Shown one piece after another: positions 35,277 through 45,237 of a stretch of DNA of 64,000 bases. The position numbers were made by a program, and so were the translations under genes. The stretch lies in IMG/VR virus record IMGVR_UViG_3300006099_000007, positions 1 through 64,000 of that record; one strand, 5' to 3'. The notes below the pieces were generated by a model. The model saw only the letters and a list, made by a program, of their open reading frames with translations, was not told where the DNA came from and did no database searches. This stretch comes from a virus (Duplodnaviria > Caudoviricetes). How positions within the stretch are numbered: the stretch's first letter is position 1; the number at the start of each line of letters is the position of its first letter.

Positions 35277-36805
35277 CCATGGGCAGGAACAGAAGGAAGG
35301 TGTATGCCGGGGCGCGCCGCGGTCATGGCGCGCGGGTGAAGATGAACCGGGAACCGGAAACGGCGCGGAGGGAGATGTGGGGAGGGTATGCGGCCGCGTT
35401 GCAGTTCGGAGGCTCCAGCGTGTTATACTGGCCTACGCTGGACAGCCGGTTTGAAGTGGATTCCTGGACGCTGGACCGGGTTTGGCGGAATGCGCGGAAT
35501 CTGGAAGCGAATTCCGGGCTTGCCGGGAAGGCCGTGGCGGATGTGGTGGAGTTGCTGGGCTGGCTGGTGCCCCATGCCTGCACGGCGGATGAAGACTGGA
35601 ATCATGAGGCGGACCAGATTTTTATGAATCGGGCCGTGAATCCGGAATTGTTTGACGCCCGCGGAGAGCTGAATTTTTTTACGGCGCAGATATGGAGCGA
35701 GCGGCAGCGCGTGATTGACGGCGATATGCTGACGGTACTGACCAGCGGGCCGGATGACGGCGGGGCGTTCGCGTTTTACGAGGCTCCGCAAGTGCAATCT
35801 CCGGCTGATGGGGGGCAGGCGTGGAATTGCGGCGTGATGCGGGATAAAAACGGGAGGACGGCGGCTTACGGGCTGCGGCATCCGGACAAGGGGGAGGTGA
35901 CGGTGATTCCGGCCCGTGATGCTATTTTGTACCGGCACAACATGGGCGGAGGGAAGCCGCGCGGCCTGTCCGATTTGCACCGCGCTATCCGGAATTTGCA
36001 TGATGAGGCGGATATTGTGGGGTATGTCAAGCAGTCTGCCAAGCTGGCCGCCTCCGTTGGGCTGGTAGAAACGGGGGACGCGGAGAAACGGCCGGGCATG
36101 GGGACCGTGGGCAAGGTGTCCGTGGGGCCGGACGGGCGCAGGGTGGAGCAGGTGTTAGGGGGGCCTACTGTCCACCAGCTTCCGCCCGGCCGGGATTTGA
36201 AGGTGCTGACGGATAACAGGCCGTCTCCTAATGTGATGGCGTTGCTGAAGCATTTGATGGATGAGGTGGCTTATGGCATCGGGCTTTCTCCGGCGTTGCT
36301 GTGGGAGCCTGACAAGTTGGGAAGCGGCGGCATCCGGTTTGTGATGCAGAAGCTGAAGCGTTGGCTGAAAATCAGGCATGCCTACAGGCAAATGTGGTGC
36401 GTGCGGGTGTGGCGTTTCATGCTGGCGCGGGAAATGGCCCTGGGACGGCTGCGCTTGTGCCGGGATCCGCATTGGGTGCGGTGCCTGTGGACGCCCATGA
36501 GCGACATGACTATTGACCTGGGCCGGGAAGGGAATCTGATGATTAACCTGGTGGATTCCGCTCTGGCGGATCAGGATGGCTGGTGCCTTGCCAATTACGG
36601 ATGCACGTTTGAGGAAATCGTGAATAACAAGATACGGAATTTGAAGATGGCTAAAGAAGCCTGCGCCCGGAACGGACTGACCCTGCAAGAGGTGATTCCG
36701 GGAGCGAACCGCGGCGGGGTAGCCGCGGCGGCGGAGAAACCGGAAGATGAAGAGCCGGGAACGGGCGGCGGGGAAGAGGAAGATGGCTTGCATCCCCATG
36801 AATAG
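35273..36805 (+). CDS. Portal protein, lambda family
   Basis: PRGLSDL, LPPGRDLK, RPSPN, DMTIDLGREG; homologous to 2756..4333. Confidence 0.88.
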   Translation: MTMGRNRRKVYAGARRGHGARVKMNREPETARREMWGGYAAALQFGGSSVLYWPTLDSRFEVDSWTLDRVWRNARNLEANSGLAGKAVADVVELLGWLVPHACTADEDWNHEADQIFMNRAVNPELFDARGELNFFTAQIWSERQRVIDGDMLTVLTSGPDDGGAFAFYEAPQVQSPADGGQAWNCGVMRDKNGRTAAYGLRHPDKGEVTVIPARDAILYRHNMGGGKPRGLSDLHRAIRNLHDEADIVGYVKQSAKLAASVGLVETGDAEKRPGMGTVGKVSVGPDGRRVEQVLGGPTVHQLPPGRDLKVLTDNRPSPNVMALLKHLMDEVAYGIGLSPALLWEPDKLGSGGIRFVMQKLKRWLKIRHAYRQMWCVRVWRFMLAREMALGRLRLCRDPHWVRCLWTPMSDMTIDLGREGNLMINLVDSALADQDGWCLANYGCTFEEIVNNKIRNLKMAKEACARNGLTLQEVIPGANRGGVAAAAEKPEDEEPGTGGGEEEDGLHPHE

Positions 36806-36808
36806 CAA

Positions 36809-36832
36809 TTTTGAAAAAGCTCCTGAAGGGTA
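36809..36832 (+). promoter_or_regulatory. Module-2 repeated motif, copy 2
   Basis: Exact 24-bp copy upstream of the protease. Confidence 0.7.
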
Positions 36833-36846
36833 CAGAACAGTAATAA

Positions 36847-37968
36847 GTGATGAATAAGATTGTTTTTGCGCAGATGGCGGCACGGCTGGAAGGCGGTGCC
36901 GGTGAACAGAAAAAAACGGGCATGCTTGCCTTTTCCCGCATCATGGAGGCGGAAGAGAAGGTAGGGGTGGCTACCATTTCCGGTTATATCGGTTACGGCA
37001 ATGCCACGGTTGACGAATTTACGAAGCACCTTGAAGAGCTGAAGGCGGAGGGGTGCACGAAGTTTGAAGTCATCCTGAATTCCATGGGCGGCAATTTGTT
37101 TGAGGCGTCCGGGATTTACGACATTATCAAGGGGTGCGGGATGGAGGTGACGGCCAAAATTTACGGGGTAGCCGCTTCCGCCGCGACGCTGATTGCCTGT
37201 GCGGCGGGCCGTGTGCTGATTTCGGAAAATTCCCGTTATATGGTCCACCGGGCGCGCGGGTGCGCGGTGGGGACGGTGGAAGAGATTGAGGCTTACGCGG
37301 CGGATCTGAAGGACGCGGAAGGGCAAGTGACAGGCATTTACGCGGGGCGTACCGGAAAGAGCCCGGAAGACGTGCTGGCCGTGCTGAACGCGGAGACGTG
37401 GATGAACGCGGAAACGGCCGTGAAGGAAGGCTGGTGTGACGAAGTGATTTCTCCGTCCGCTGCGGAGTCCGGCCAAAAGGAAACGGCCGCGCCGGGGAAA
37501 GAAGAGGACGGCGGCGGGGAAGAGGAAGACCCTGACGAAGAAGAGAAGGGAGGGCCGCCGCAGAATTACACGGTATTGCGCCGCATGATGGCCGCCGTGG
37601 GGCTTGCCGGGAAAAACAGCGTGGAGGAACTGGAACGGGAAGTTGCCCGGCTGGTGGCCGAAAACGAAAGGCTGGCGGCGGAAAATGACGGGTTCCGGGG
37701 CATGCAGGGGCAGCAGGCGCGCGTGATGGAGGCGCACGAGCGGGAATTTGAGCAACGCGTGAAGGAGGCCGTTGTGCGGGAAATGGCGGTTATGGGGGTT
37801 GCTCCGGTAGGGTTGCCGCCCGCGGAGGGAGCCACGGAAGAGCACGGAAAGAAAGAACCTGCCATGACGAACGAAAAGCTGAGGGAGATGGCCGCGCAGG
37901 ATGCGCTGGAATGGATTATGGGGCATCCGCAGGAGGCCGCGCGGCTGGCGGAGCAGCCGGGGAAATAG
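36847..37968 (+). CDS. ClpP-type head maturation protease
   Basis: NSMGG, GVAASAAT, YMVH, ETWMNAE.AV..GWCD. Confidence 0.9.
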   Translation: MMNKIVFAQMAARLEGGAGEQKKTGMLAFSRIMEAEEKVGVATISGYIGYGNATVDEFTKHLEELKAEGCTKFEVILNSMGGNLFEASGIYDIIKGCGMEVTAKIYGVAASAATLIACAAGRVLISENSRYMVHRARGCAVGTVEEIEAYAADLKDAEGQVTGIYAGRTGKSPEDVLAVLNAETWMNAETAVKEGWCDEVISPSAAESGQKETAAPGKEEDGGGEEEDPDEEEKGGPPQNYTVLRRMMAAVGLAGKNSVEELEREVARLVAENERLAAENDGFRGMQGQQARVMEAHEREFEQRVKEAVVREMAVMGVAPVGLPPAEGATEEHGKKEPAMTNEKLREMAAQDALEWIMGHPQEAARLAEQPGK

Positions 37969-38023
37969 CATCTTGGCCGCCATAGATAGATTTTTACTAA
38001 CAAAACGCAAACATAAATAAAAT

Positions 38024-38986
38024 ATGAACAAGAAAACATTGATGAACATCCCGCGGAATGCCGTGATGGAAGGAAATGATGTCGCCGCTCTGAACTGGAC
38101 CATTGTTTCACAGGCGGCTATTGCCACCCTGGAGGAAGAATTGGCTTCAATCAGCCGGTTTTCTCTGGATGTCTCCGGCGAATTCAAGACGGACGGCGAT
38201 TCCGTCAAGGTGGAAGTGATTGACGGAGCCGGGGAGGCGTTGAAAAATACGGAAGACTGGAATCAAAGCGAGCTGAAAACCAGCTCCGTTTCCGTGACGC
38301 TGAACCGTTATTCCCGGCCGGCTGGCCTGTCCTATAAGGAAAGGAAAAGCGGGGTGCAGCTTGCGAATAAAGTGCAAACGCTTGTGCGGACGGTCGCCAA
38401 AGCGTTTTGGAAGGACCTGATGGCCGCCATAGCCGATTCCGGGGCGGAAGTGGTGAATATTGGCCCGCGGGCCGGGTTCAAGCCGGAAATGATGGCGGAT
38501 GTGATTTGGCCGTCCATGACTAATGGCGCGGATGCCGTTTATTTGGACCGGATGTATTATTCCAGGCTGATTCCCACGAATGCGCTTGCTCTTAACCTGG
38601 CGGACGGGGCTTATTCCATTCCGGGGGGAATTCACTACGTGGAAGGGGTGAACGTGCTTGCCGGGAATGCCGGGGTTGGTTTTGCGACGCGACCGGACGC
38701 GCTGGCCGTTGCCGTCCGTCTTCCGAATATTGACCCGAAGCTGAATTTGGAAACGCAGGTGGTGGAATCTCCTAAGCTGGGGATTTCCCTGCTGCTGAAG
38801 TGCTGGCCTGACCAGGGGACGGAAACGGTTTACATTTCCGCGGAGCTTTTGGCCGGCGTGGCGGTGGGCAATAAGAACCATTTGCGACAGCTTTCCGGCG
38901 CAGCTCCGGAGACGGAGGCGGAAGGTGGAAGCGTTGAGGACGGCGGCGGGGAAGAAACAGGGCCGACTGAAGAGGAAGGGGCCTGA
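38024..38986 (+). CDS. Major capsid protein
   Basis: Follows the protease; homologous to 5979..6983; followed by a terminator. Confidence 0.78.
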   Translation: MNKKTLMNIPRNAVMEGNDVAALNWTIVSQAAIATLEEELASISRFSLDVSGEFKTDGDSVKVEVIDGAGEALKNTEDWNQSELKTSSVSVTLNRYSRPAGLSYKERKSGVQLANKVQTLVRTVAKAFWKDLMAAIADSGAEVVNIGPRAGFKPEMMADVIWPSMTNGADAVYLDRMYYSRLIPTNALALNLADGAYSIPGGIHYVEGVNVLAGNAGVGFATRPDALAVAVRLPNIDPKLNLETQVVESPKLGISLLLKCWPDQGTETVYISAELLAGVAVGNKNHLRQLSGAAPETEAEGGSVEDGGGEETGPTEEEGA

Positions 38987-39025
38987 CGGGTTTTTGGCGG
39001 AATCATAGGTAAAAGAGAGCAAAGG

Positions 39026-39063
39026 ACCGGCGCGCGGGGTGTCAATTCCGTGCGCCGGTTTTT
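39026..39063 (+). terminator. Terminator after capsid gene
   Basis: ACCGGCGCGCGG/CCGTGCGCCGGT stem plus T run. Confidence 0.65.
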
Positions 39064-39074
39064 GTTGAACGGAT

Positions 39075-39395
39075 ATGAGCTTATCAGGAGAAATAAAAAA
39101 ATTGCTGGACCTTGGGGATCATGAGCAGGAAGAAGCCTGGGGGGAGCGCGTGACGGTGGACGGCCAGGAATGCCGGGGCGTTTTTGCGCCGCTGGAAGGC
39201 TGGTATGAGGTGGAGCTTGGAGGCCGGGTGTGCAAGGTGCAAACGTCCCTGCGCGTGCGGCGGAAGGCGTTGAAGGGCGTTCCCGCGGCCGGGCGGAAGG
39301 TGGTGGCGGTCCGAAGCGGTAGGGCCTTCCGCATTGCGCGGGTGCGTGACTGGGCCGGAGACGTGGCCCTGGTGCTGGAGTTGTCCGAAGTATAG
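39075..39395 (+). CDS. Head-tail adaptor/closure protein (gpFII-like)
   Basis: 106 aa, VTVDGQE..GVF pattern, canonical position. Confidence 0.6.
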   Translation: MSLSGEIKKLLDLGDHEQEEAWGERVTVDGQECRGVFAPLEGWYEVELGGRVCKVQTSLRVRRKALKGVPAAGRKVVAVRSGRAFRIARVRDWAGDVALVLELSEV

Positions 39396-39410
39396 CCGGA
39401 AGGGGGGCGA

Positions 39411-40187
39411 ATGGCGCAAGTCAGGTATAAAGTGGATATTTCCCGCGTGCTGAAAAGGCTGGCGGAGGTGAAGAAGGTGGGGGCTGACGGCATCAGGGAA
39501 TTGACCCTTGAATATGCCAAGAGGGCCGCAAGCAAGGCCATACGCACCACGCCGCCGAACAGCCTGAAGAATGGCGGAAACGGAAAAAGAGCGTTGGAGG
39601 AACATATTGCGCGGGATATTGGCGGGGATCCGTTGGAAACGGATGTGAGGATGAAGCGCGGTGAGGATGGAAGGCCGGTGCCCTATGCTTACCCCCGGAA
39701 GAAGCGCGGCGGGGTGTTGCTGGGGGTGCGCGGGAAAAAGTTTAAGGGCATGGCCACCGTTTCCGCGGATGCGTTTTTGCGGAGCCATACCCTGCTGAAA
39801 ATGGGCCGGAAAAGCAGCGTGCGCGTGCTGAAGGGCGGCGGCCTGATGTCTCCGGGAGTGGCGCAGGCGGGAGACGTGCGAAGGGCTTTGGCGGAGCGGC
39901 GGCGGCACGTGGGGAGGATGGCGGCCGGGTGGCTGCGGGGCGCGCAGGTGGCCGGGCTGAAGAAGGTGCCCGCGTGGATCGCGCGGCACGCCTCCCATTA
40001 TGACGGCGCGGCTTCTTTGACGGTTCAGGGCGGCCGGGTGCGGTTTGAGATGGAGAATTGCCCGGAATATCCTGACCGGGGGCAGCTTTCCCGCGTGGCG
40101 GCGTATGCGCTGAATTCTGCGGGCCGGGATATGCGGAAGGTAATCAAGGGGTATGTGGCCAAGTTGAAAAAGGAGCTTAATTCATGA
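39411..40187 (+). CDS. Neck/tail completion protein
   Basis: Homologue of 7398..8168. Confidence 0.55.
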   Translation: MAQVRYKVDISRVLKRLAEVKKVGADGIRELTLEYAKRAASKAIRTTPPNSLKNGGNGKRALEEHIARDIGGDPLETDVRMKRGEDGRPVPYAYPRKKRGGVLLGVRGKKFKGMATVSADAFLRSHTLLKMGRKSSVRVLKGGGLMSPGVAQAGDVRRALAERRRHVGRMAAGWLRGAQVAGLKKVPAWIARHASHYDGAASLTVQGGRVRFEMENCPEYPDRGQLSRVAAYALNSAGRDMRKVIKGYVAKLKKELNS

Positions 40188-40648
40188 TGACACAGGCAGA
40201 TTGTTTGATTAAGGCGGTGATTGCGTGCCTGGAGGCGCGTTTTCAGGAAGACAGGGGGAACACGGAACGGGGGATTCCGGACGGGTTCCCGGTGCCGTTG
40301 AAGATGGCGGTGGACGAAGACCGGGAAGGGAAGGAATATGCGTTGTTCCAGGCGGCGGAAATGGAGGAAATTGTGGCCGGGTACTGTACGTATCACGCCG
40401 GAATATCCGTGGATTTGCATTTGGACGCCAATGACCGGACGGCGGATGAAATACGGATGTTGCAGGCGTGGATGGAAGAGCGGCTGAAGGAAGTGGACCG
40501 CGCCGGGCTGAATGCCGTGGAGAGCCCGCGGCCCTATCGGAATTTCCTGGTCATAGGCAAGGTAAGGCTGGGGCCCGCGCAGGATGCGGCGGCGGAGGAA
40601 GGCGCGTTTGCGGTGACTTGGAAAATGACGGTGCCCGTGCAGTTTTGA
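40184..40648 (+). CDS. Putative tail terminator protein
   Basis: Canonical position before the tail tube gene. Confidence 0.5.
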   Translation: MMTQADCLIKAVIACLEARFQEDRGNTERGIPDGFPVPLKMAVDEDREGKEYALFQAAEMEEIVAGYCTYHAGISVDLHLDANDRTADEIRMLQAWMEERLKEVDRAGLNAVESPRPYRNFLVIGKVRLGPAQDAAAEEGAFAVTWKMTVPVQF

Positions 40649-40666
40649 AAAAGCTCCTGAATGGTA
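40643..40666 (+). promoter_or_regulatory. Module-2 repeated motif, copy 3
   Basis: TTTTGAAAAAGCTCCTGAATGGTA upstream of the tail tube gene. Confidence 0.7.
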
Positions 40667-40702
40667 GATAGATGAACTCTAACACGAAAGGAAATAGATT
40701 AT

Positions 40703-41083
40703 ATGCCTGCACATATTGGAGACGTGCCCAAATACGGTATTGATTCGCCGGAACAGGGTATTTTTGTTGAGTCGATCGACTTTGACGGCCAACAGGAAAT
40801 TTATGAACAGAAAAACAATGTTGGGAAAAAGTGTGGTTTGGTGATTGTAGATGAAGAACTTTCTTTTTCCATGTCCGGCGCGGTTTTATCAACCGGCTCT
40901 TCATCTTTGAAGATGGGGGGGACGCTGGCGCTTGCCAATGAAATTCCGCAGATTTGGCACACCCCTCCCACCGGAACCACGGTCTTCCTGAAGGGGGTGA
41001 AGCGCAGTTTGAAGAACACGGACGCGCAGAAGATGGACGTGAGCGGCACTGTTTACGGGTTCGGGTCGTCTTCGGCTGTCTGA
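40703..41083 (+). CDS. Putative tail tube protein
   Basis: Homologue of 5555..5938 (DE.LSFSMSGA, DVSGTVY.FGS). Confidence 0.6.
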   Translation: MPAHIGDVPKYGIDSPEQGIFVESIDFDGQQEIYEQKNNVGKKCGLVIVDEELSFSMSGAVLSTGSSSLKMGGTLALANEIPQIWHTPPTGTTVFLKGVKRSLKNTDAQKMDVSGTVYGFGSSSAV

Positions 41084-41112
41084 AGCTTGAATAAAAAAGT
41101 TAGATAGTAAGA

Positions 41113-41589
41113 TTGATGAATGCCGCAGACAATAAAAAACTGGAAAGTGATGTGGTAGTTTTTACCGAAAACGCCTCCAGATACGAAACGGAAAACACCA
41201 TGCTTGCCGCGTTGCTGCTGACGCTGGGAGTAAACATGAAATGCACGTCCGGAAGCGTGCTGATAGGCAGCGGCGCGCGCCTTTCCGCGCCGGGCGGGGT
41301 GATTACCTGGCAATTTGAGCCGAAAAGCGAAGATGGAAGGTTTAGGACGGAGGAAGTAATCAAGCTTTTCGGGGATAAGAATTGGCTGACTGACCCGGAA
41401 AATGAAAGCCCGCTGGCTTACGTGGCGTGCGCGTTCCATAATTACAAGCGGCTGCTGGATTTTGTGAAAAGCCAGGTGCCGCTTGCCGTCATCCGCAAGG
41501 GGAAAAGGAAGGCCCTGGTGCGGTTGGATGCGGATCCGTATTGGCAGGGCGTGGCGGAGGGTTTTCTTGGCGGCCGGCCTTTAATCTAA
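41113..41589 (+). CDS. Conserved phage protein of unknown function
   Basis: Homologue of 12167..12616. Confidence 0.7.
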   Translation: MMNAADNKKLESDVVVFTENASRYETENTMLAALLLTLGVNMKCTSGSVLIGSGARLSAPGGVITWQFEPKSEDGRFRTEEVIKLFGDKNWLTDPENESPLAYVACAFHNYKRLLDFVKSQVPLAVIRKGKRKALVRLDADPYWQGVAEGFLGGRPLI

Positions 41590-41618
41590 CTTAATTGACA
41601 ACCAAAAAAGCAAGAAAG

Positions 41619-42116
41619 ATGGAACTACAGGAACATGAAAGGCGCGCCCTGACGGAAGCGGCGTTGATCGGGGGAAATGAATTCCGCTGGAAGAGCTACC
41701 GGCTGCGGTGTATGACCCTGGGGAGCATGCTGCAGTTGCAGCGCATCGGGAATCCTTACAGCCGCTTGGGGGAAATTAACCTGGGCCCAGATGAAAACGG
41801 GCGGCATCCGTCCATGTGGGAAGCCCTGGGCGTAACCGACAAGGCGCAAATTGTCTATTATCTGGCGGAATTCCTGTGGGTCCACATGGGAAACCGGGAG
41901 GAAGTCAGGGAAGGGGTTTTTGCGCCGGAGGAAGACCGGCGCGCCCTGGTGGAAGCGGCTGCTATGAACATTCCCGGCCGGGATTTGGTGGAACTGGAAT
42001 GCGCCGTGCTGGGGGATATAGAAGTGATTCAGGCGGGCATGGTGAATCCGGAGCCGGAAGGGGAGGATGAAGAGGACCCTTTAGGGCGTGGCCGTCCTGG
42101 GGCGCGGCCATGCTGA
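41619..42116 (+). CDS. Tail assembly chaperone (gpG-like)
   Basis: Homologue of 10289..10747; slippery site near the end. Confidence 0.7.
   Translation: MELQEHERRALTEAALIGGNEFRWKSYRLRCMTLGSMLQLQRIGNPYSRLGEINLGPDENGRHPSMWEALGVTDKAQIVYYLAEFLWVHMGNREEVREGVFAPEEDRRALVEAAAMNIPGRDLVELECAVLGDIEVIQAGMVNPEPEGEDEEDPLGRGRPGARPC
42077..42083 (+). other. Predicted -1 frameshift site C_CCT_TTA
   Basis: XXXYYYZ heptamer in frame; the -1 frame reads PFRAWPSWGAAMLMTVARATGW into 42110..42325. Confidence 0.72.
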
Positions 42117-42325
42117 TGACGGTGGCGCGTGCCACGGGCTGGCCGGAGCGGGAAATTCTGTGGGAAATTCCGCTGGCGCGGCTGGTGCAGTACGTGCATG
42201 CGGTCTGGAGCTATGACGCGACGCCGTGCCGGTGGAGCTGCTACACGGAACCCTCCGGGCATGTGGGGGACGTGCTGGAGCAGGCCCGGGAAGCGTGGAG
42301 AAAACAGGTGGAGGGGCTGGAGTGA
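42110..42325 (+). CDS. Frameshift extension of tail assembly chaperone (gpT-like)
   Basis: Homologue of 10771..10989. Confidence 0.7.
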   Translation: MLMTVARATGWPEREILWEIPLARLVQYVHAVWSYDATPCRWSCYTEPSGHVGDVLEQAREAWRKQVEGLE

Positions 42326-42335
42326 TCCGGCCTCT

Positions 42336-42536
42336 TCATTTTTTGTGGCAGATGAGCCAGAAAATAAGGATGGGAATAAGGATGATAGCCCAGCTTGCCG
42401 GATCTGTCAGTATTTCCAGAAGAGGCAGGAAGAAGCCAAGAAGGAAAATGATTCCGATAATGAAGATGATCACAAGACCTGTTTTTTGTAACAGATACAG
42501 CAAGATTTCCATGATGGAGGAAAACACGAAATCCAT
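42336..42536 (-). CDS. Small membrane protein moron
   Basis: 66 aa, two hydrophobic helices, AT-rich, opposite strand between chaperone and tape measure genes. Confidence 0.6.
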   Translation of the reverse strand: MDFVFSSIMEILLYLLQKTGLVIIFIIGIIFLLGFFLPLLEILTDPASWAIILIPILIFWLICHKK

Positions 42537-42574
42537 TTAATTATTTTTTATATTATCAGTCAATGTAAAATATT

Positions 42575-45202
42575 ATGAGCGAAGGCGCAGTTATTAAAAT
42601 AGATGGTGATGCGAGCGGCTTTATTGCCGCAACGGAGGAAAGTAAGAGAGCGGCAAGCGGCATGTCCGAAGCCTTACAGGGGGCCGTGGGCGGAAGCACA
42701 GGGGAGGCCGTGAAGGGGCTGAAGGGCATGGATCAGGAGGGCCGGAAGGCGTGTAAACGGCTGAATGCGGGGCTTATCAATATGAGTGCCACTATTACGG
42801 CGGTAGGGGCCGGCATTAACGGCCTGCGGGCAGGCTGGGGCAAGTTTTCCGCCATGCTGGCGGGCGGGGATGACCTGGAGAGAGTAACCCGGCGCATGGA
42901 GGCATTCACGGGCGGCGCGTCAAGCGCGGCGGAAGCGGCGCGGGATGTGGTGGATTTTGCTGATACGCCTCCATTCGGGCTGGAGGAAACGCAACGGGCG
43001 GCGCAGTTGCTTCTTGGTTGCGGCGTCAGGGCGAGCGAGTTAAAAAGCACATTGGAGGCTCTTGGTAATGTGGCTGCGGGCGGCGGAATGAGTTTGGAGC
43101 AAATAGGCATCCGTCTTTCTAAAGCTTTCCAAACTGGCCGCGTAACTATGGAAGTTTTGGAGCCGCTAATGAATAGCGGTATTAACGTTATGGGCGTGCT
43201 GGGTCAACGAACAGGAAAGACCAGGGCGGAATTGCAAAAGATGATGACGGAGGGAACAATTGGTTTCCGGGATTTGAAGGGGGCTTTAGTCTCCATGGGA
43301 TCTGCCGGAGGGCAGTTTGCGGGAGCCATGGAGAAAAATACGCAGGACATTGAGAACAGGGTGGAGACCCTGAAAGGCAAGGTTGGGGCCTTGAGCCGGG
43401 TTTTTGCTGAACCGGTAACAGGCGGCATCAAAGATGCTATGGACTCCATAGGCGCGTCATGGTCCGGTCATGGTCCGGAGGTGGAGCGCGGCTTGAGGAA
43501 AACGGGCGAATTGCTGGGTCAAATCGTGAAAGCGGCCGCGCCTATTATTTCCGTAGTAGGAAAAGGGCTGGCAACGGTAGCCGCGGGCGGCGATCGGCTT
43601 CACGGGATGCTCCGGAATGGAATTTTGGCGTGGGTAGCGTGGAAGGCGGCCGGCAGTTCCGCCGGGGCAGCAGTAGGTCAGGCTGTGCTGTCTGCGGGGA
43701 GGACGTGGCAAACAGGATTTAATAATGCGCTTGTGTTATCCGGGCAGAGGACGCGGAGCGTGATGGGGGATATACAGGCATTAGGGGCTTCTGCTCGTTC
43801 GCAGGCGGCGCGGATGGGGGCTGCGTTTAAGGGGGTGGGGGCAAGTTTGGCTTCCGGCTTGAAGGGGCCGGCCATTATGGGAGCTATTGCGGCTATTTCC
43901 GTAGCCGTGGAAGAGCTTTACAAGGCGAGCCATGAGGCAAGCGGGGTGGCCTCAAAGGGAGAAATGGACAAAAAGAAAAATTTCAAACGGTCTAATGATG
44001 ATTTTGATGAACGCGTGTGGAAGATGGCCGGAGAGGCGGCCAGCAAGCAGGACGTGGGGCGCGTCATGGATGAATATGACGCTGAAATTAAACGCCTGAA
44101 GCGCGAAGAAGAAGACCTGCTGGCGGAAGATCCGCTGGGGAGAATGACGGTTGCGGTGCAGGATAGGCTGGTGCTGTTGCAACGTGAGCGGAAGGAGTTG
44201 CAGCAGGTGGCGGAAGCGAACGCGAAAGCGGCGGAGACGCGGGAACGGGCGGCGCAGCGCGGGCAGCAGACGGAAGAGGCACGGAAGAAGACGCTGGAGA
44301 AAATCAGGGAAATACAAGATGAATTGTTATCCCTGGATTATGACCGGGCGGAAGAAGAGAGGGAGAGGCGGCGCAGCGGAATGGGGCTGGAGGACCGGAA
44401 AAAAGACCTGCTGGGAGGATATGGGAGCATGGAGGGCCTCAAGAAGGCCATTGCGGAGCAGAAAGCCCTGCTGGATGGCGGGGACGCCGTGGACGGCATG
44501 TTGAATCTGGAGGGGGTGGAATCCAGAATCAAGAGCCTGTATGAATTGCTTGGCAAGGTGGAAGAGGTGGATCGTGAAATAGTGGAGCGGAATAAGGAAT
44601 GGGACAAGGCGGAAGCCAAACACCAGAAGCAGGCTGCCCTGCTGCGCGCGGAAATTCACGGGCAGAAGGATAAGCTGCGCGTGTTGCAGGAGCAGGCGCG
44701 CGTGCTGGAGCTGCAAAACCAATATGAGGCGGATGGCATGAGCAAGGCCCGCGCCGGCGCGGCGGCCCGTGAAATAGCCGCCCTGGAGCAGAACAGGAAC
44801 CGGGCGCAGACCGGGCGCGAATACCGCCGGCAAATGGCCCTGTTGAAAGCTCAGGCGGAGGGAAACAAGGCGGAAGAGCGGCGGCTGAAGATGGCGGAGC
44901 GCATGAAGGAAATTTATGACCAGCAGCGCGGCTTGGGGATAGACAGGAAGACGGCCATGAGGCGTGCCCGCGGCATGGCCGGGTTGGAGGATATGGTGGA
45001 GCGGCGGAAGGACCGGAAGGAAGGGAGCGGACCCATAGCGGACAGTCTGGCGCAAGTGGGCGGCGGGGGCCGCTCCATGATGGGGAGCATGCCGCAACTT
45101 ACGGAAGCGAGGAAGCAGACAAATTTGCTTCAGCAGATCGTGAAAAACACGGGCGCGGGGCGGAGGGAAACCCTGAAAACGGCGGCCAGGCTGGGATATT
45201 GA
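42575..45202 (+). CDS. Tape measure protein
   Basis: 875 aa; tape-measure domain (FADTPPFGLEE..RAAQLL), coiled coils. Confidence 0.88.
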   Translation: MSEGAVIKIDGDASGFIAATEESKRAASGMSEALQGAVGGSTGEAVKGLKGMDQEGRKACKRLNAGLINMSATITAVGAGINGLRAGWGKFSAMLAGGDDLERVTRRMEAFTGGASSAAEAARDVVDFADTPPFGLEETQRAAQLLLGCGVRASELKSTLEALGNVAAGGGMSLEQIGIRLSKAFQTGRVTMEVLEPLMNSGINVMGVLGQRTGKTRAELQKMMTEGTIGFRDLKGALVSMGSAGGQFAGAMEKNTQDIENRVETLKGKVGALSRVFAEPVTGGIKDAMDSIGASWSGHGPEVERGLRKTGELLGQIVKAAAPIISVVGKGLATVAAGGDRLHGMLRNGILAWVAWKAAGSSAGAAVGQAVLSAGRTWQTGFNNALVLSGQRTRSVMGDIQALGASARSQAARMGAAFKGVGASLASGLKGPAIMGAIAAISVAVEELYKASHEASGVASKGEMDKKKNFKRSNDDFDERVWKMAGEAASKQDVGRVMDEYDAEIKRLKREEEDLLAEDPLGRMTVAVQDRLVLLQRERKELQQVAEANAKAAETRERAAQRGQQTEEARKKTLEKIREIQDELLSLDYDRAEEERERRRSGMGLEDRKKDLLGGYGSMEGLKKAIAEQKALLDGGDAVDGMLNLEGVESRIKSLYELLGKVEEVDREIVERNKEWDKAEAKHQKQAALLRAEIHGQKDKLRVLQEQARVLELQNQYEADGMSKARAGAAAREIAALEQNRNRAQTGREYRRQMALLKAQAEGNKAEERRLKMAERMKEIYDQQRGLGIDRKTAMRRARGMAGLEDMVERRKDRKEGSGPIADSLAQVGGGGRSMMGSMPQLTEARKQTNLLQQIVKNTGAGRRETLKTAARLGY

Positions 45203-45237
45203 AATAGCCGCTAAATGATAGAGAGATAATAATAAAT

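Noticed and set aside
36595-38208. 537-aa minus-strand ORF
   Set aside because: Overlaps portal, protease and capsid antisense; no recognisable domain.
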